Shown here: in pieces, positions 11,143 to 26,483 of the stretch | How positions within the stretch are numbered: the first letter of the stretch is position 1 | How the letters are laid out: the number at the start of each line of letters is the position of its first letter | NCBI GenBank assembly: GCA_964016885.1 | Contig: OZ024742.1 | Location: 307,396,001-307,460,000 of the forward strand | Direction of reading: 5' to 3' | Length of the DNA stretch: 64,000 nt | From: Eledone cirrhosa | Lineage: Eukaryota | Program-made: the position numbers and the translations under genes | Notes under the pieces: model-generated | What the model saw: only the letters and a program-made list of their open reading frames with translations | Databases searched by the model: none | Told to the model about the DNA's origin: nothing

Positions 11143-13171
11143 TCCTACTCAGGAGATATAACTAATCCAAAAACAGACTCAGTTTTTATCTATGTATGCT
11201 TCATATTGTCATGTTATGGTATTCTATGTTTCAATAACTGCCCAGGTTAATTTTTGACTTTCGGAGACGAGAAAGTAAAGTGCCAGTAACTCATTGGATC
11301 CATGTAACCACATCCCTTTCAATACATCGCCTTCTCACGAAACTACAATTAATGAACTACAGAGTAAGCATGCAAGTCGAGGTTCATGCTGAAATCGACG
11401 ATGATTCAGAACTCTTACCTAATGTTCTAAAACCTATTCCTTACCGCCAAAATAGTGGATGATACATGCACTAGAGTCCGCAATCACAATTCGCACCCGG
11501 GAGACGGGATAATACAGCCTTCCGAGCAGATTTACATTAGCCATTCGAAACTAAGTTCTACACATCTGCAGTAAAGATTTCATGTAGGAAAATCGTATGG
11601 TTTACCATTTCTTCTGATAAAAATCCAGGCAAATTATTGAAAAATCCTGTCTTTAACTTCAGCGTTCAAGTGGGAATTCTAGAGTTTGGTCTAGCTTACG
11701 ATTAAGAAAGATAAGTGCCGCAAAATTTCAATGAATTTTGTGTAAACCGGAAGGATGGAAATCATAATAGTTTCGATTAGGATGAAATAATGTGTGAAGT
11801 TTGATCCTGTCAGTAGTCATAGCTTGAAAGAATGTTTGGAAATCGGAAGAATAAAAGTAGCAGACAACATCAGTGGGCTTTTAGTTGACATTGCAGAAGA
11901 GGCGTATATTCTGTCAAAGATATTTTTTCTAATTTTCTGCAGATTTTCATTATTCTTTAGTCTTTATGACAATATATTAATTTCTTATGAGGCACAAGGC
12001 CAGCAATTTAAAGGGAGGTAAAATTGGGCTAAGTTGACACCATATTGGATTTAAAATATATTCTATCGAATCCGTAATGATGAAAAGCAAAGTTGTCATT
12101 GGCAGGTGTTGAAACCAGAACGTAGAGATCCATAACGAAATAATTGTTTCTACTATTGGCACAAGGCCAGCAATTACGCAGTACATTACTGCTACATTAT
12201 TTTATCCACCCCGTAGGGATGAAAGGCAAAGTTAACCTCGGCGGTATTTGAACTCAGAATGGCAAGAGTTGTAACTCTATGCGTCAAAGCATGGCGTCCG
12301 ACCCTCTACCGATACAGCCAATTCACCACCCTTAATAACGAAATAATGCAATATATTACATCAGACGACCTTACCGAATTAGCTAGCTTCAGCATTCAGT
12401 ATTGAGAAGAAAGGAGGTAGGTGTATAAGAGAAACTTGCTATCTTCAATTCAGTATTCGTTCCAAGCGTTACTTATGGTCATGTATGCTGGGTAATGATC
12501 GAAAGTATACGATCAAGAATACAAGGGCTCGAAATGGGATTCCTCCGAAGGATCTTTGGAGTAACGTTACTCGATAAAGTACGTAACTCGGAGATCAGAG
12601 TGTCACTCCAGATAGATCCTCTACATCTCATAACTGAGAGTACACAGTTCTGTTAATATTGGCATGTGGTTAGAACTTCTGAGGAAAGAATCGCAGTGCA
12701 GATTTTTACAAGCAAAACTAATCGGCAGGTGACTCTGAAGTAGAACCCGAGCAAGATGTTTGGATAACATAAATGAGCTTGGCTAGTCACGATTGGGGAC
12801 CCTGCCGGCTCAGTAGGAATTGGTTGCTTGTAACAAGACACTCTGGAAGGTATGTTTGAATACTCTGCACCCAAGACTCTGTGAGGAATAGGCGAGCGAA
12901 GAAGGGGATTTACCTCCCTTATATTCCCCTTAAGCTGACAGCATGTGGTGAGTCTTTTTACTGAGATAATGTAATTAAAAGTAAAATATTTGTACAAACA
13001 AAACAATTTTGAACAGTACAAATTAAAATCAGAACTAAGTATATATTCTAATTGGTATATGTGTATAAAATGTCGTGACTAATTAAATATGTGAACAATA
13101 TACTATAGATAGATCAGTGGATGTAGAATAGTAAAATATATATAAAAGGTGCGAAGTAAAGCGTTTCAGTT

Positions 13172-13361
13172 ATCGCTTCTCGGCCTTTTGGCTAAGATCA
13201 AAGTGTAGTATCTGTTCTTATCAGCTTAATATCTGATTTGGTCCCTATATGGGACCATCGATATTAAACTGATTTTTACAACTTGGCGAAGAGTTAGGGG
13301 CTTGCTCCGCCTTTGCCACGGGTTGGCCTGGTATTGCAGTATATCCAGGATTTGGCCCATC
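13172..13361 (+). ncRNA. RNU2: U2 snRNA copy 6 (variant A67T, Sm-site G108C)
   Basis: Full U2 sequence with CTGATTTGG and ATTTTTAC. Confidence 0.95.
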
Positions 13362-15390
13362 TCCTACTCAGGAGATATAACTAATCCAAAAACAGACTCA
13401 GTTTTTATCTATGTATGCTTCATATTGTCATGTTATGGTATTCTATGTTTCAATAACTGCCCAGGTTAATTTTTGACTTTCGGAGACGAGAAAGTAAAGT
13501 GCCAGTAACTCATTGGATCCATGTAACCACATCCCTTTCAATACATCGCCTTCTCACGAAACTACAATTAATGAACTACAGAGTAAGCATGCAAGTCGAG
13601 GTTCATGCTGAAATCGACGATGATTCAGAACTCTTACCTAATGTTCTAAAACCTATTCCTTACCGCCAAAATAGTGGATGATACATGCACTAGAGTCCGC
13701 AATCACAATTCGCACCCGGGAGACGGGATAATACAGCCTTCCGAGCAGATTTACATTAGCCATTCGAAACTAAGTTCTACACATCTGCAGTAAAGATTTC
13801 ATGTAGGAAAATCGTATGGTTTACCATTTCTTCTGATAAAAATCCAGGCAAATTATTGAAAAATCCTGTCTTTAACTTCAGCGTTCAAGTGGGAATTCTA
13901 GAGTTTGGTCTAGCTTACGATTAAGAAAGATAAGTGCCGCAAAATTTCAATGAATTTTGTGTAAACCGGAAGGATGGAAATCATAATAGTTTCGATTAGG
14001 ATGAAATAATGTGTGAAGTTTGATCCTGTCAGTAGTCATAGCTTGAAAGAATGTTTGGAAATCGGAAGAATAAAAGTAGCAGACAACATCAGTGGGCTTT
14101 TAACTGACATTGCAGAAGAGGCGTATATTCTGTCAAAGATATTTTTTCTAATTTTCTGCAGATTTTCATTATTCTTTAGTCTTTATGACAATATATTAAT
14201 TTCTTATGAGGCACAAGGCCAGCAATTTAAAGGGAGGTAAAATTGGGCTAAGTTGACACCATATTGGATTTAAAATATATTCTATCGAATCCGTAATGAT
14301 GAAAAGCAAAGTTGTCATTGGCAGGTGTTGAAACCAGAACGTAGAGATCCATAACGAAATAATTGTTTCTACTATTGGCACAAGGCCAGCAATTACGCAG
14401 TACATTACTGCTACATTATTTTATCCACCCCGTAGGGATGAAAGGCAAAGTTAACCTCGGCGGTATTTGAACTCAGAATGGCAAGAGTTGTAACTCTATG
14501 CGTCAAAGCATGGCGTCCGACCCTCTACCGATACAGCCAATTCACCACCCTTAATAACGAAATAATGCAATATATTACATCAGACGACCTTACCGAATTA
14601 GCTAGCTTCAGCATTCAGTATTGAGAAGAAAGGAGGTAGGTGTATAAGAGAAACTTGCTATCTTCAATTCAGTATTCGTTCCAAGCGTTACTTATGGTCA
14701 TGTATGCTGGGTAATGATCGAAAGTATACGATCAAGAATACAAGGGCTCGAAATGGGATTCCTCCGAAGGATCTTTGGAGTAACGTTACTCGATAAAGTA
14801 CGTAACTCGGAGATCAGAGTGTCACTCCAGATAGATCCTCTACATCTCATAACTGAGAGTACACAGTTCTGTTAATATTGGCATGTGGTTAGAACTTCTG
14901 AGGAAAGAATCGCAGTGCAGATTTTTACAAGCAAAACTAATCGGCAGGTGACTCTGAAGTAGAACCCGAGCAAGATGTTTGGATAACATAAATGAGCTTG
15001 GCTAGTCACGATTGGGGACCCTGCCGGCTCAGTAGGAATTGGTTGCTTGTAACAAGACACTCTGGAAGGTATGTTTGAATACTCTGCACCCAAGACTCTG
15101 TGAGGAATAGGCGAGCGAAGAAGGGGATTTACCTCCCTTATATTCCCCTTAAGCTGACAGCATGTGGTGAGTCTTTTTACTGAGATAATGTAATTAAAAG
15201 TAAAATATTTGTACAAACAAAACAATTTTGAACAGTACAAATTAAAATCAGAACTAAGTATATATTCTAATTGGTATATGTGTATAAAATGTCGTGACTA
15301 ATTAAATATGTGAACAATATACTATAGATAGATCAGTGGATGTAGAATAGTAAAATATATATAAAAGGTGCGAAGTAAAGCGTTTCAGTT

Positions 15391-15580
15391 ATCGCTTCTC
15401 GGCCTTTTGGCTAAGATCAAAGTGTAGTATCTGTTCTTATCAGCTTAATATCTGATATGGTCCCTATATGGGACCATCGATATTAAACTGATTTTTACAA
15501 CTTGGCGAAGAGTTAGGGGCTTGCTCCGCCTTTGCCACGGGTTGGCCTGGTATTGCAGTATATCCAGGATTTGGCCCATC
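15391..15580 (+). ncRNA. RNU2: U2 snRNA copy 7 (Sm-site variant G108C)
   Basis: Full U2 sequence with ATTTTTAC at 15491-15498. Confidence 0.95.
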
Positions 15581-17609
15581 TCCTACTCAGGAGATATAAC
15601 TAATCCAAAAACAGACTCAGTTTTTATCTATGTATGCTTCATATTGTCATGTTATGGTATTCTATGTTTCAATAACTGCTCAGGTTAATTTTTGACTTTC
15701 GGAGTCGATAAAGTAAAGTGCCAGTAACTCATTGGATCCATGTAACCACATCCCTTTCAATACATCGCCTTCTCACGAAACTACAATTAATGAACTACAG
15801 AGAAAGCATGCAAGTCGAGGTTCATGCTGAAATCGACGATGATTCAGAACTCTTACCTAATGTTCTAAAACCTATTCCTTACCGCCAAAATAGTGGATGA
15901 TACATGCACTAGAGTCCGCAATCACAATTCGCACCCGGGAGACGGGATAATACAGCCTTCCGAGCAGATTTACATTAGCCATTCGAAACTAAGTTCTACA
16001 CATCTGCAGTAAAGATTTCATGTAGGAAAATCGTATGGTTTACCATTTCTTCTGAGAAAAATCCAGGCAAATTATTGAAAAATCCTGTCTTTAACTTCAG
16101 CGTTCAAGTGGGAATTCTAGAGTTTGGTCTAGGTTACGATTAGGAAAGATAAGTGCCGCAAAATTTCAATGAATTTTGTGTAAACCGGAAGGATGGAAAT
16201 CATAATAGTTTCGATTAGGATGAAATAATGTGTGAAGTTTGATCCTGTCAGTAGTCATAGCTTGAAAGAATCTTTGGAAATCGGAATAATAAAAGTAGCA
16301 GACAACATCAGTGGGCTTTTAGTTGACATTGCAGAAGAGGCCTATATTCTGTCAAAGATATTTTTTCTGATTTTCTGCAGATTTTCATTATTCTTTAGTC
16401 TTTATGACAATATATTAATTTTTTATGATGCACAAGGCCAGCAATTTAAAGGGAGGTAAAATTGGGCTAAGTTGACACCATATTGGATTTAAAATATATT
16501 CTATCGAATCCGTAATGATGAAAAGCAAAGTTGTCATTGGCAGGTGTTGAAACCAGAACTTAGAGATCCATAACGAAATAATTGTTTCTACTATTGGCAC
16601 AAGGCCAGCAATTACGCAGTACATTACTGCTACATTATTTTATCCACCCCGTAGGGATGAAAGGCAAAGTTAACCTCGGCGGGATTTGAACTCAGAATGG
16701 CAAGAGCCGTAACTCTATGCGTCAAAGCATGGCGTCCGACCCTCTACCGATACAGCCAATTCACAACCCTTAATAACGAAATAATGCAATATATTACATC
16801 AGACGACCTTACCGAATTAGCTAGCTTCAGCATTCAGTATTGAGAAGAAAGGAGGTAGGTGTATAAGAGAAACTTGCTATCTTCAATTCAGTAATCGTGC
16901 CAAGCGTTACTTATGGTCATGTATGCTGGGTAATGATCGAAAGTATATGATCAAGAATACAAGGGCTCGAAATGGGATTCCTCCGAAGGATCTTTGGAGT
17001 AACGTTACTCGATAAAGTACGTAACTCGGAGATCAGAGTGTCACTCCAGATAGATCCTCTACATCTCATAACTGAGAGTACACAGTTCTGTTAATATTGG
17101 CATGTGGTTAGAACTTCTGAGGAAAGAATCGCAGTGCAGATTTTTACAAGCAAAACTAATCGGCAGGTGACTCTGAAGTAGAGCCCGAGCAAGATGTTTG
17201 GATAACATAAATGAGCTTGGCTAGTCACGATTGGGGATCCTGCCGGCTCAGTAGGAATTGGTTGCTTGTAACAAGACACTCTGGAAGGTATGTTTGAATA
17301 CTCTGCACCCAAGACTCTGTGAGGAATAGGCGAGCGAAGAAGGGGATTTACCTCCCTTATATTCCCCTTAAGCTGACAGCATGTGGTGAGTCTTTTTACT
17401 GAGATAATTTAATTAAAAGTAAAATATTTGTACAAACAAAACAATTTTGAACAGTACAAATTAAAATCAGAACAAAGTATATATTCTAATTGGTATATGT
17501 GTATAAAATGTCGTGACTAATTAAATATGTGAACAATATACTATAGATAGATCAGTGGATGTAGAATAGTAAAATATATATAAAAGGTGCGAAGTAAAGC
17601 GTTTCAGTT

Positions 17610-17799
17610 ATCGCTTCTCGGCCTTTTGGCTAAGATCAAAGTGTAGTATCTGTTCTTATCAGCTTAATATCTGATATGGTCCCTATATGGGACCATCGAT
17701 ATTAAACTGATTTTTAGAACTTGGCGAAGAGTTAGGGGCTTGCTCCGCCTTTGCCACGGGTTGGCCTGGTATTGCAGTATATCCAGGATTTGGCCCATC
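17610..17799 (+). ncRNA. RNU2: U2 snRNA copy 8 (consensus)
   Basis: Full U2 sequence matching the array consensus. Confidence 0.98.
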
Positions 17800-19828
17800 T
17801 CCTACTCGGGAGATATAACTAATCCAAAAGCAGACTCAGTTTTTATCTATGTATGCTTCATATTGTCATGTTATGGTATTCTATGTTTCAATAACTGCCC
17901 AGGTTAATTTTTGACTTTCGGAGTCGAGAAAGTAAAGTGCCAGTAACTCATTGGATCCATGTAACCACATCCCTTTCAATACATCGCCTTCTCACGAAAC
18001 TACAATTAATGAACTACAGAGAAAGCATGCAAGTCGAGGTTCATGCTGAAATCGACGATGATTCAGAACTCTTACCTAATGTTCTAAAACCTATTCCTTA
18101 CCGCCAAAATAGTGGATGATACATGCACTAGAGTCCGCAATCACAATTCGCACCCGGGAGACGGGATAATACAGCCTTCCGAGCAGATTTACATTAGCCA
18201 TTCGAAACTAAGTTCTACACATCTGCAGTAAAGATTTCATGTAGGAAAATCGTATGGTTTACCATTTCTTCTGATAACAATCCAGGCAAATTATTGAAAA
18301 CTCCTGTCTTTAACTTCAGCGTTCAAGTGGGAATTCTAGAGTTTGGTCTAGCTTACGATTAAGAAAGATAAGTGCCGCAAAATTTCAATGAATTTTGTGT
18401 AAACCGGAAGGATGGAAATCATAATAGTTTCGATTAGGATGAAATAATGTGTGAAGTTTGATCCTGTCAGTAGTCATAGCTTGAAAGAATGTTTGGAAAT
18501 CGGAAGAATAAAAGTAGCAGACAACATCAGTCGGCTTTTAACTAATATTGCAGAAGAGGCGTATATTCTGTCAAAGATATTTTTTCTAATTTTCTGCAGA
18601 TTTTCATTATTCTTTAGTCTTTATAACAATATATTAATTTCTTATGAGGCACAAGGCCAGCAATTTAAAGGGAGGTAAAATTGGGCTAAGTTGACAGCAT
18701 ATTGGATTTAAAATATATTCTATCGAATCCGTAATGATGAAAAGCAAAGTTGTCATTGGCAGGTGTTGAAACCAGAACTTAGAGATCCATAACGAAATAA
18801 TTGTTTCTACTATTGGCACAAGGACAGCAATTACGCAGTACATTACTGCTACATTATTTTATCCACCCCGTAGGGATGAAAGGCAAAGTTAACCTCGGCG
18901 GGATTTGAACTCAGAATGGCAAGAGCCGTAACTCTATGCGTCAAAGCATGGCGTCCGACCCTCTACCGATACAGCCAATTCACAACCCTTAATAACGAAA
19001 TAATGCAATATATTACATCAGACGACCTTACCGAATTAGCTAGCTTCAGCATTCAGTATTGAGAAGAAAGGAGGTAGGTGTATAAGAGAAACTTGCTATC
19101 TTCAATTCAGTATTCGTGCCAAGCGTTACTTATGGTCATGTATGCTGGGTAATGATCGAAAGTATATGATCAAGAATACAAGGGCTCGAAATGGGATTCC
19201 TCCGAAGGATCTTTGGAGTAACGTTACTCGATAAAGTACGTAACTCGGAGATCAGAGTGTCACTCCAGATAGATCCTCTACATCTCATAACTGAGAGTAC
19301 ACAGTTCTGTTAATATTGGCATGTGATTAGAACTTCTGAGGAAAGAATCGCAGTGCAGATTTTTACAAGCAAAACTAATCGGCAGGTGACTCTGAAGTAG
19401 AGCCCGAGCAAGATGTTTGGATAACATAAATGAGATTGGCTAGTCACGATTGGGGACCCTGCCGGCTCAGTAGGAATTGGTTGCTTGTAACAAGACACTC
19501 TGGAAGGTATGTTTGAATACTCTGCACCCAAGACTCTGTGAGGAATAGGCGAGCGAAGAAGGGGATTTACCTCCCTTATATTCCCCTTAAGCTGACAGCA
19601 TGTGGTGAGTCTTTTTACTGAGATAATTTAATTAAAAGTAAAATATTTGTACAAACAAAACAATTTTGAACAGTACAAATTAAAATCAGAACAAAGTATA
19701 TATTCTAATTGGTATATGTGTATAAAATGTCGTGACTAATTAAATATGTGAACAATATACTATAGATAGATCAGTGGATGTAGAATAGTAAAATATATAT
19801 AAAAGGTGCGAAGTAAAGCGTTTCAGTT

Positions 19829-20018
19829 ATCGCTTCTCGGCCTTTTGGCTAAGATCAAAGTGTAGTATCTGTTCTTATCAGCTTAATATCTGATATGGTC
19901 CCTATATGGGACCATCGATATTAAACTGATTTTTAGAACTTGGCGAAGAGTTAGGGGCTTGCTCCGCCTTTGCCACGGGTTGGCCTGGTATTGCAGTATA
20001 TCCAGGATTTGGCCCATC
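19829..20018 (+). ncRNA. RNU2: U2 snRNA copy 9 (consensus)
   Basis: Full U2 sequence matching the array consensus. Confidence 0.98.
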
Positions 20019-22047
20019 TCCTACTCGGGAGATATAACTAATCCAAAAACAGACTCAGTTTTTATCTATGTATGCTTCATATTGTCATGTTATGGTATTC
20101 TATGTTTCAATAACTGCCCAGGTTAATTTTTGACTTTCGGAGACGAGAAAGTAAAGTGCCAGTAACTCATTGGATCCATGTAACCACATCCCTTTCAATA
20201 CATCGCCTTCTCACGAAACTACAATTAATGAACTACAGAGAAAGCATGCAAGTCGAGGTTCATGCTGAAATCGACGATGATTCAGAACTCTTACCTAATG
20301 TTCTAAAACCTATTCCTTACCGCCAAAATAGTGGATGATACATGCACGAGAGTCCGCAATCACAATTCGCACCCGGGAGACGAGATAATACAGTCTTCCG
20401 AGCAGATTTACATTAGCCATTCGAAACTAAGTTCTACACATCTGCAGTAAAGATTTCATGTAGGAAAATCGTATGGTTTACCATTTCTTCTGATAAAAAT
20501 CCAGGCAAATTATTGAAAAATCCTGTCTTTAACTTCAGCGTTCAAGTGGGAATTCTAGAGTTTGGTCTAGGTTACGATGAAGAAAGATAAGTGCCGCCAA
20601 ATTTTAATGAATTTTGTGTAAACCGGAAGGATGGAAATCATAATAGTTACGATTAAGATGAAATAATGTGTGAAGTTTGATCCTGTCAGTAGTCATAGCT
20701 TGAAAGAATGTTTGGAAATCGGAAGAATAAAAGTAGCAGACAACATCAGTCGGCTTTTAACTGACATTGCAGAAGAGGCGTATATTATGTCAAAGATATT
20801 TTTCTAATTTTCTGCAGATTTTCATTATTCTTTAGTCTTTATGACAATATATCAATCTCTTATGAGGTACAAGGCCAGCAATTTAAAGGGATGTAAAATT
20901 TGGGCTAAATTGACACCATATTAGATTTAAAATATATTCTATCGAATCCGTAATGATGAAAAGCAAAGTTGTCATTGGCAGGTGTTGAAACCAGAACGTA
21001 GAGATCCATAACGAAATAATTGTTTCTACTATTGGCACAAGGCCAGCAATTACGCAGTACATTACTGCTACTTTATTTTATCCAACCCGTAGGGATGAAA
21101 GGCAAAGTTAACCTCGGCGGGATTTGAACTCAGAATGGCAAGAGTCGTAACTCTATGCGTCAAAGCATGGCGTCCGACCCTCTACCGATACAGCCAATTC
21201 ACCACCCTTAATAACGAAATAATGCAATATATTACATCAGACGACCTTACTGAATTAGCTAGCTTCAGCATTCAGTATTGAGAAGAAAGGAGGTAGGTGT
21301 ATAAGAGAAACTTGCTATCTTCAATTCAGTATTCGTTCCAAGCGTTACTTATGGTCATGTATGCTGGGTAATGATCGAAAGTATATGATCAAGAATACAA
21401 GGGCTCGAAATGGGATTCCTCCGAAGGACCTTTGGAGTAACGTTACTCGATAAAGTACGTAACTCGGAGATCAGAGTGTCACACCAGATAGATCCTCTAC
21501 ATCTCATAACTGAGAGTACACAGTTCTGTTAATATTGGCATGTGGTTAGAACTTCTGAGGAAAGAATCGCAGTGCAGATTTTTACAAGCAAAACTAATCG
21601 GCAGGTGACTCTGAAGTAGAGCCCGAGCAAGATGTTTGGATAACATAAATGAGCTTGGCTAGTCACGATTGGGGACCCTGCCGGCTCAGTAGGAATTGGT
21701 TGCTTGTAACAAGACACTCTGGAAGGTATGTTTGAATACTCTGCACCCAAGACTCTGTGAGGAATAGGCGAGCGAAGAAGGGGATTTACCTCCCTTATAT
21801 TCCCCTTAAGCTGACAGCATGTGGTGAGTCTTTTTACTGAGATAATTTAATTAAAAGTAAAATATTTGTACAAACAAAACAATTTTGAACAGTACAAATT
21901 AAAATCAGAACAAAGTATATATTCTAATTGGTATATGTGTATAAAATGTCGTGACTAATTAAATATGTGAACAATATACTATAGATAGATCAGTGGATGT
22001 AGAATAGTAAAATATATATAAAAGGTGCGAAGTAAAGCGTTTCAGTT

Positions 22048-22237
22048 ATCGCTTCTCGGCCTTTTGGCTAAGATCAAAGTGTAGTATCTGTTCTTATCAG
22101 CTTAATATCTGATATGGTCCCTATATGGGACCATCGATATTAAACTGATTTTTAGAACTTGGCGAAGAGTTAGGGGCTTGCTCCGCCTTTGCCACGGGTT
22201 GGCCTGGTATTGCAGTATATCCAGGATTTGGCCCATC
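22048..22237 (+). ncRNA. RNU2: U2 snRNA copy 10 (consensus)
   Basis: Full U2 sequence matching the array consensus. Confidence 0.98.
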
Positions 22238-24264
22238 TCCTACTCGGGAGATATAACTAATCCCAAAACAGACTCAGTTTTTATCTATGTATGCTTCATA
22301 TTGTCATGTTATGGTATTCTATGTTTCAATAACTGCCCAGGTTAATTTTTGACTTTCGGAGACGAGAAAGTAAAGTGCCAGTAACTCATTGGATCCATGT
22401 AACCACATCCCTTTCAATACATCGCCTTCTCACGAAACTACAATTAATGAACTACAGAGAAAGCATGCAAGTCGAGGTTCATGCTGAAATCGACGATGAT
22501 TCAGAACTCTTACCTAATGTTCTAAAACCTATTCCTTACCGCCAAAATAGTGGATGATACATGCACGAGAGTCCGCAATCACAATTCGCACCCGGTAGAC
22601 GGGATAATACAGCCTTCCGAGCAGATTTACATTAGCCATTCGAAACTAAGTTCTACACATCTGCAGTAAAGATTTCATGTAGGAAAATCGTATGGTTTAC
22701 CATTTCTTCTGAGAAAAATCCAGGCAAATTATTGAAAAATCCTGTCTTTAACTTCAGCGTTCAAGTGGGAATTCTAGAGTTTGGTCTAGGTTACGATTAG
22801 GAAAGATAAGTGCCGCAAAATTTCAATGAATTTTGTGTAAACCGGAAGGATGGAAATCATAATAGTTTCGATTAGGATGAAATAATGTGTGAAGTTTGAT
22901 CCTGTCAGTAGTCATAGCTTGAAAGAATGTTTGGAAATCGGAATAATAAAAGTAGCAGACAACATCAGTGGGCTTTTAACTGACATTGCAGAAGAGGCGT
23001 ATATTCTGTCAAAGATATTTTTTCTGATTTTCTGCAGATTTTCATTATTCTTTAGTCTTTATGACAATATATTAATTTCTTATGATGCACAAGGCCAGCA
23101 ATTTAAAGGGATGTAAAATTGGGCTAAGTTGACACCATATTAGATTTAAAATATATTCTATCGAATCCGTAATGATGAAAAGCAAAGTTGTCATTGGCAG
23201 GTGTTGAAACCAGAACGTAGAGATCCATAACGAAATAATTGTTTCTACTATTGGCACAAGGCCAGCAATTACGCAGTACATTACTGCTACTTTATTTTAT
23301 CCAACCCGTAGGGATGAAAGCAAAGTTAACCTCGGCGGGATTTGAACTCAGAATGGCAAGAGTCGTAACTCTATGCGTCAAAGCATGGCGTCCGACCCTC
23401 TACCGATACAGCCAATTCACCACCCTTAATAACGAAATAATGCAATATATTACATCAGACGACCTTACCGAATTAGCTAGCTTCAGCATTCAGTATTGAG
23501 AAGAAAGGAGGTAGGTGTATAAGAGAAACTTGCTATCTTCAATTCAGTATTCGTGCCAAGCGTTACTTATGGTCATGTATGCTGGGTAATGATCGAAAGT
23601 ATATGATCAAGAATACAAGGGCTCGAAATGGGATTTCTCCGAAGGATCTTTGGAGTAACGTTACTCGATAAAGTACGTAACTCGGAGATCAGAGTGTCAC
23701 TCCAGATAGATCCTCTACATCTCATAACTGAGAGTACACAGTTCTGTTAATATTGGCATGTGGTTAGAACTTCTGAGGAAAGAATCGCAGTGCAGATTTT
23801 TACAAGCAAAACTAATCGGCAGGTGACTCTGAAGTAGAGCCCGAGCAAGATGTTTGGATAACATAAATGAGCTTGGCTAGTCACGATTGGGGATCCTGCC
23901 GGCTCAGTAGGAATTGGTTGCTTGTAACAAGACACTCTGGAAGGTATGTTTGAATACTCTGCACCCAAGACTCTGTGAGGAATAGGCGAGCGAAGAAAAG
24001 GATTTACCTCCCTTATATTCCCCTTAAGCTGACAGCATGTGGTGAGTCTTTTTACTGAGATAATTTAATTAAAAGTAAAATATTTGTACAAACAAAACAA
24101 TTTTGAACAGTACAAATTAAAATCAGAACAAAGTATATATTCTAATTGGTATATGTGTATAAAATGTCGTGACTAATTAAATATGTGAACAATATACTAT
24201 AGATAGATCAGTGGATGTAGAATAGAAAATATATATAAAAGGTGCGATGTAAAGCCTTTCAGTT

Positions 24265-24454
24265 ATCGCTTCTCGGCCTTTTGGCTAAGATCAAAGTGTA
24301 GTATCTGTTCTTATCAGCTTAATATCTGATATGGTCCCTATATGGGACCATCGATATTAAACTGATTTTTAGAACTTGGCGAAGAGTTAGGGGCTTGCTC
24401 CGCCTTTGCCACGGGTTGGCCTGGTATTGCAGTATATCCAGGATTTGGCCCATC
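24265..24454 (+). ncRNA. RNU2: U2 snRNA copy 11 (consensus; variant promoter haplotype)
   Basis: Full U2 sequence matching the array consensus. Confidence 0.98.
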
Positions 24455-26483
24455 TCCTACTCGGGAGATATAACTAATCCAAAAACAGACTCAGTTTTTA
24501 TCTATGTATGCTTCATATTGTCATGTTATGGTATTCTATGTTTCAATAACTGCCCAGGTTAATTTTTGACTTTCGGAGACGAGAAAGTAAAGTGCCAGTA
24601 ACTCATTGAATCCATGTAACCTCATCCCTTTCAATACATCGCCTTCTCACGAAACTACAATTAATGAACTACAGAGAAAGCATGCAAGTCGAGGTTCATG
24701 CTGAAATCGACGATGATTCAGAACTCTTACCTAATGTTCTAAAACCTATTCCTTACCGCCAAAATAGTGGATGATACATGCACTAGAGTCCGCAATCACG
24801 ATTCGCACCCGGGAGACGGGATAATACAGCCTTCCGAGCAGATTTACATTAGCCATTCGAAACTAAGTTCTACACATCTGCAGTAAAGATTTCATGTAGG
24901 AAAATCGTATGGTTTACCATTTCTTCTGAGAAAAATCCAGGCAAATTATTGAAAAATCCTGTCTTTAACTTCAGCGTTCAAGTGGGAATTCTAGAGTTTG
25001 GTCTAGGTTACGATGAAGAAAGATAAGTGCCGCCAAATTTTAATGAATTTTGTGTAAACCGGAAGGATGGAAATCATAATAGTTACGATTAAGATGAAAT
25101 AATGTGTGAAGTTTGATCCTGTCAGTAGTCATAGCTTGAAAGAATGTTTGGAAATCGGAAGAATAAAAGTAGCAGACAACATCAGTCGGCTTTTAACTGA
25201 CATTGCAGAAGAGGCGTATATTATGTCAAAGATATTTTTTCTAATTTTCTGCAGATTTTCATTATTCTTTAGTCTTTATGACAATATATCAATTTCTTAT
25301 GAGGTACAAGGCCAGCAATTTAAAGGGATGTAAAATTTGGGCTAAGTTGACACCATATTAGATTTAAAATATATTCTATCGAATCCGTAATGATGAAAAG
25401 CAAAGTTGTCATTGGCAGGTGTTGAAACCAGAACGTAGAGATCCATAACGAAATAATTGTTTCTACTATTGGCACAAGGCCAGCAATTACGCAGTACATT
25501 ACTGCTACTTTATTTTATCCAACCCGTAGGGATGAAAGGCAAAGTTAACCTCGGCGGGATTTGAACTCAGAATGGCAAGAGTCGTAACTCTATGCGTCAA
25601 AGCATGGCGTCCGACCCTCTACCGATACAGCCAATTCACCACCCTTAATAACGAAATAATGCAATATATTACATCAGACGACCTTACCGAATTAGCTAGC
25701 TTCAGCATTCAGTATTGAGAAGAAAGGAGGTAGGTGTATAAGAGAAACTTGCTATCTTCAATTCAGTATTCGTGCCAAGCGTTACTTATGGTCATGTATG
25801 CTGGGTAATGATCGAAAGTATATGATCAAGAATACAAGGGCTCGAAATGGGATTTCTCCGAAGGATCTTTGGAGTAACGTTACTCGATAAAGTACGTAAC
25901 TCGGAGATCAGAGTGTCACTCCAGATAGATCCTCTACATCTCATAACTGAGAGTACACAGTTCTGTTAATATTGGCATGTGGTTAGAACTTCTGAGGAAA
26001 GAATCGCAGTGCAGATTTTTACAAGCAAAACTAATCGGCAGGTGACTCTGAAGTAGAGCCCGAGCAAGATGTTTGGATAACATAAATGAGCTTGGCTAGT
26101 CACGATTGGGGATCCTGCCGGCTCAGTAGGAATTGGTTGCTTGTAACAAGACACTCTGGAAGGTATGTTTGAATACTCTGCACCCAAGACTCTGTGAGGA
26201 ATAGGCGAGCGAAGAAAAGGATTTACCTCCCTTATATTCCCCTTAAGCTGACAGCATGTGGTGAGTCTTTTTACTGAGATAATTTAATTAAAAGTAAAAT
26301 ATTTGTACAAACAAAACAATTTTGAACAGTACAAATTAAAATCAGAACAAAGTATATATTCTAATTGGTATATGTGTATAAAATGTCGTGACTAATTAAA
26401 TATGTGAACAATATACTATAGATAGATCAGTGGATGTAGAATAGAAAATATATATAAAAGGTGCGATGTAAAGCCTTTCAGTT

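Noticed and set aside
23239-23499. 86-aa ORF seen only here and at 32112
   Set aside because: It was created by a 1-bp deletion in the SINE (GAAAGCAAAG) and is useful only as a higher-order repeat marker.
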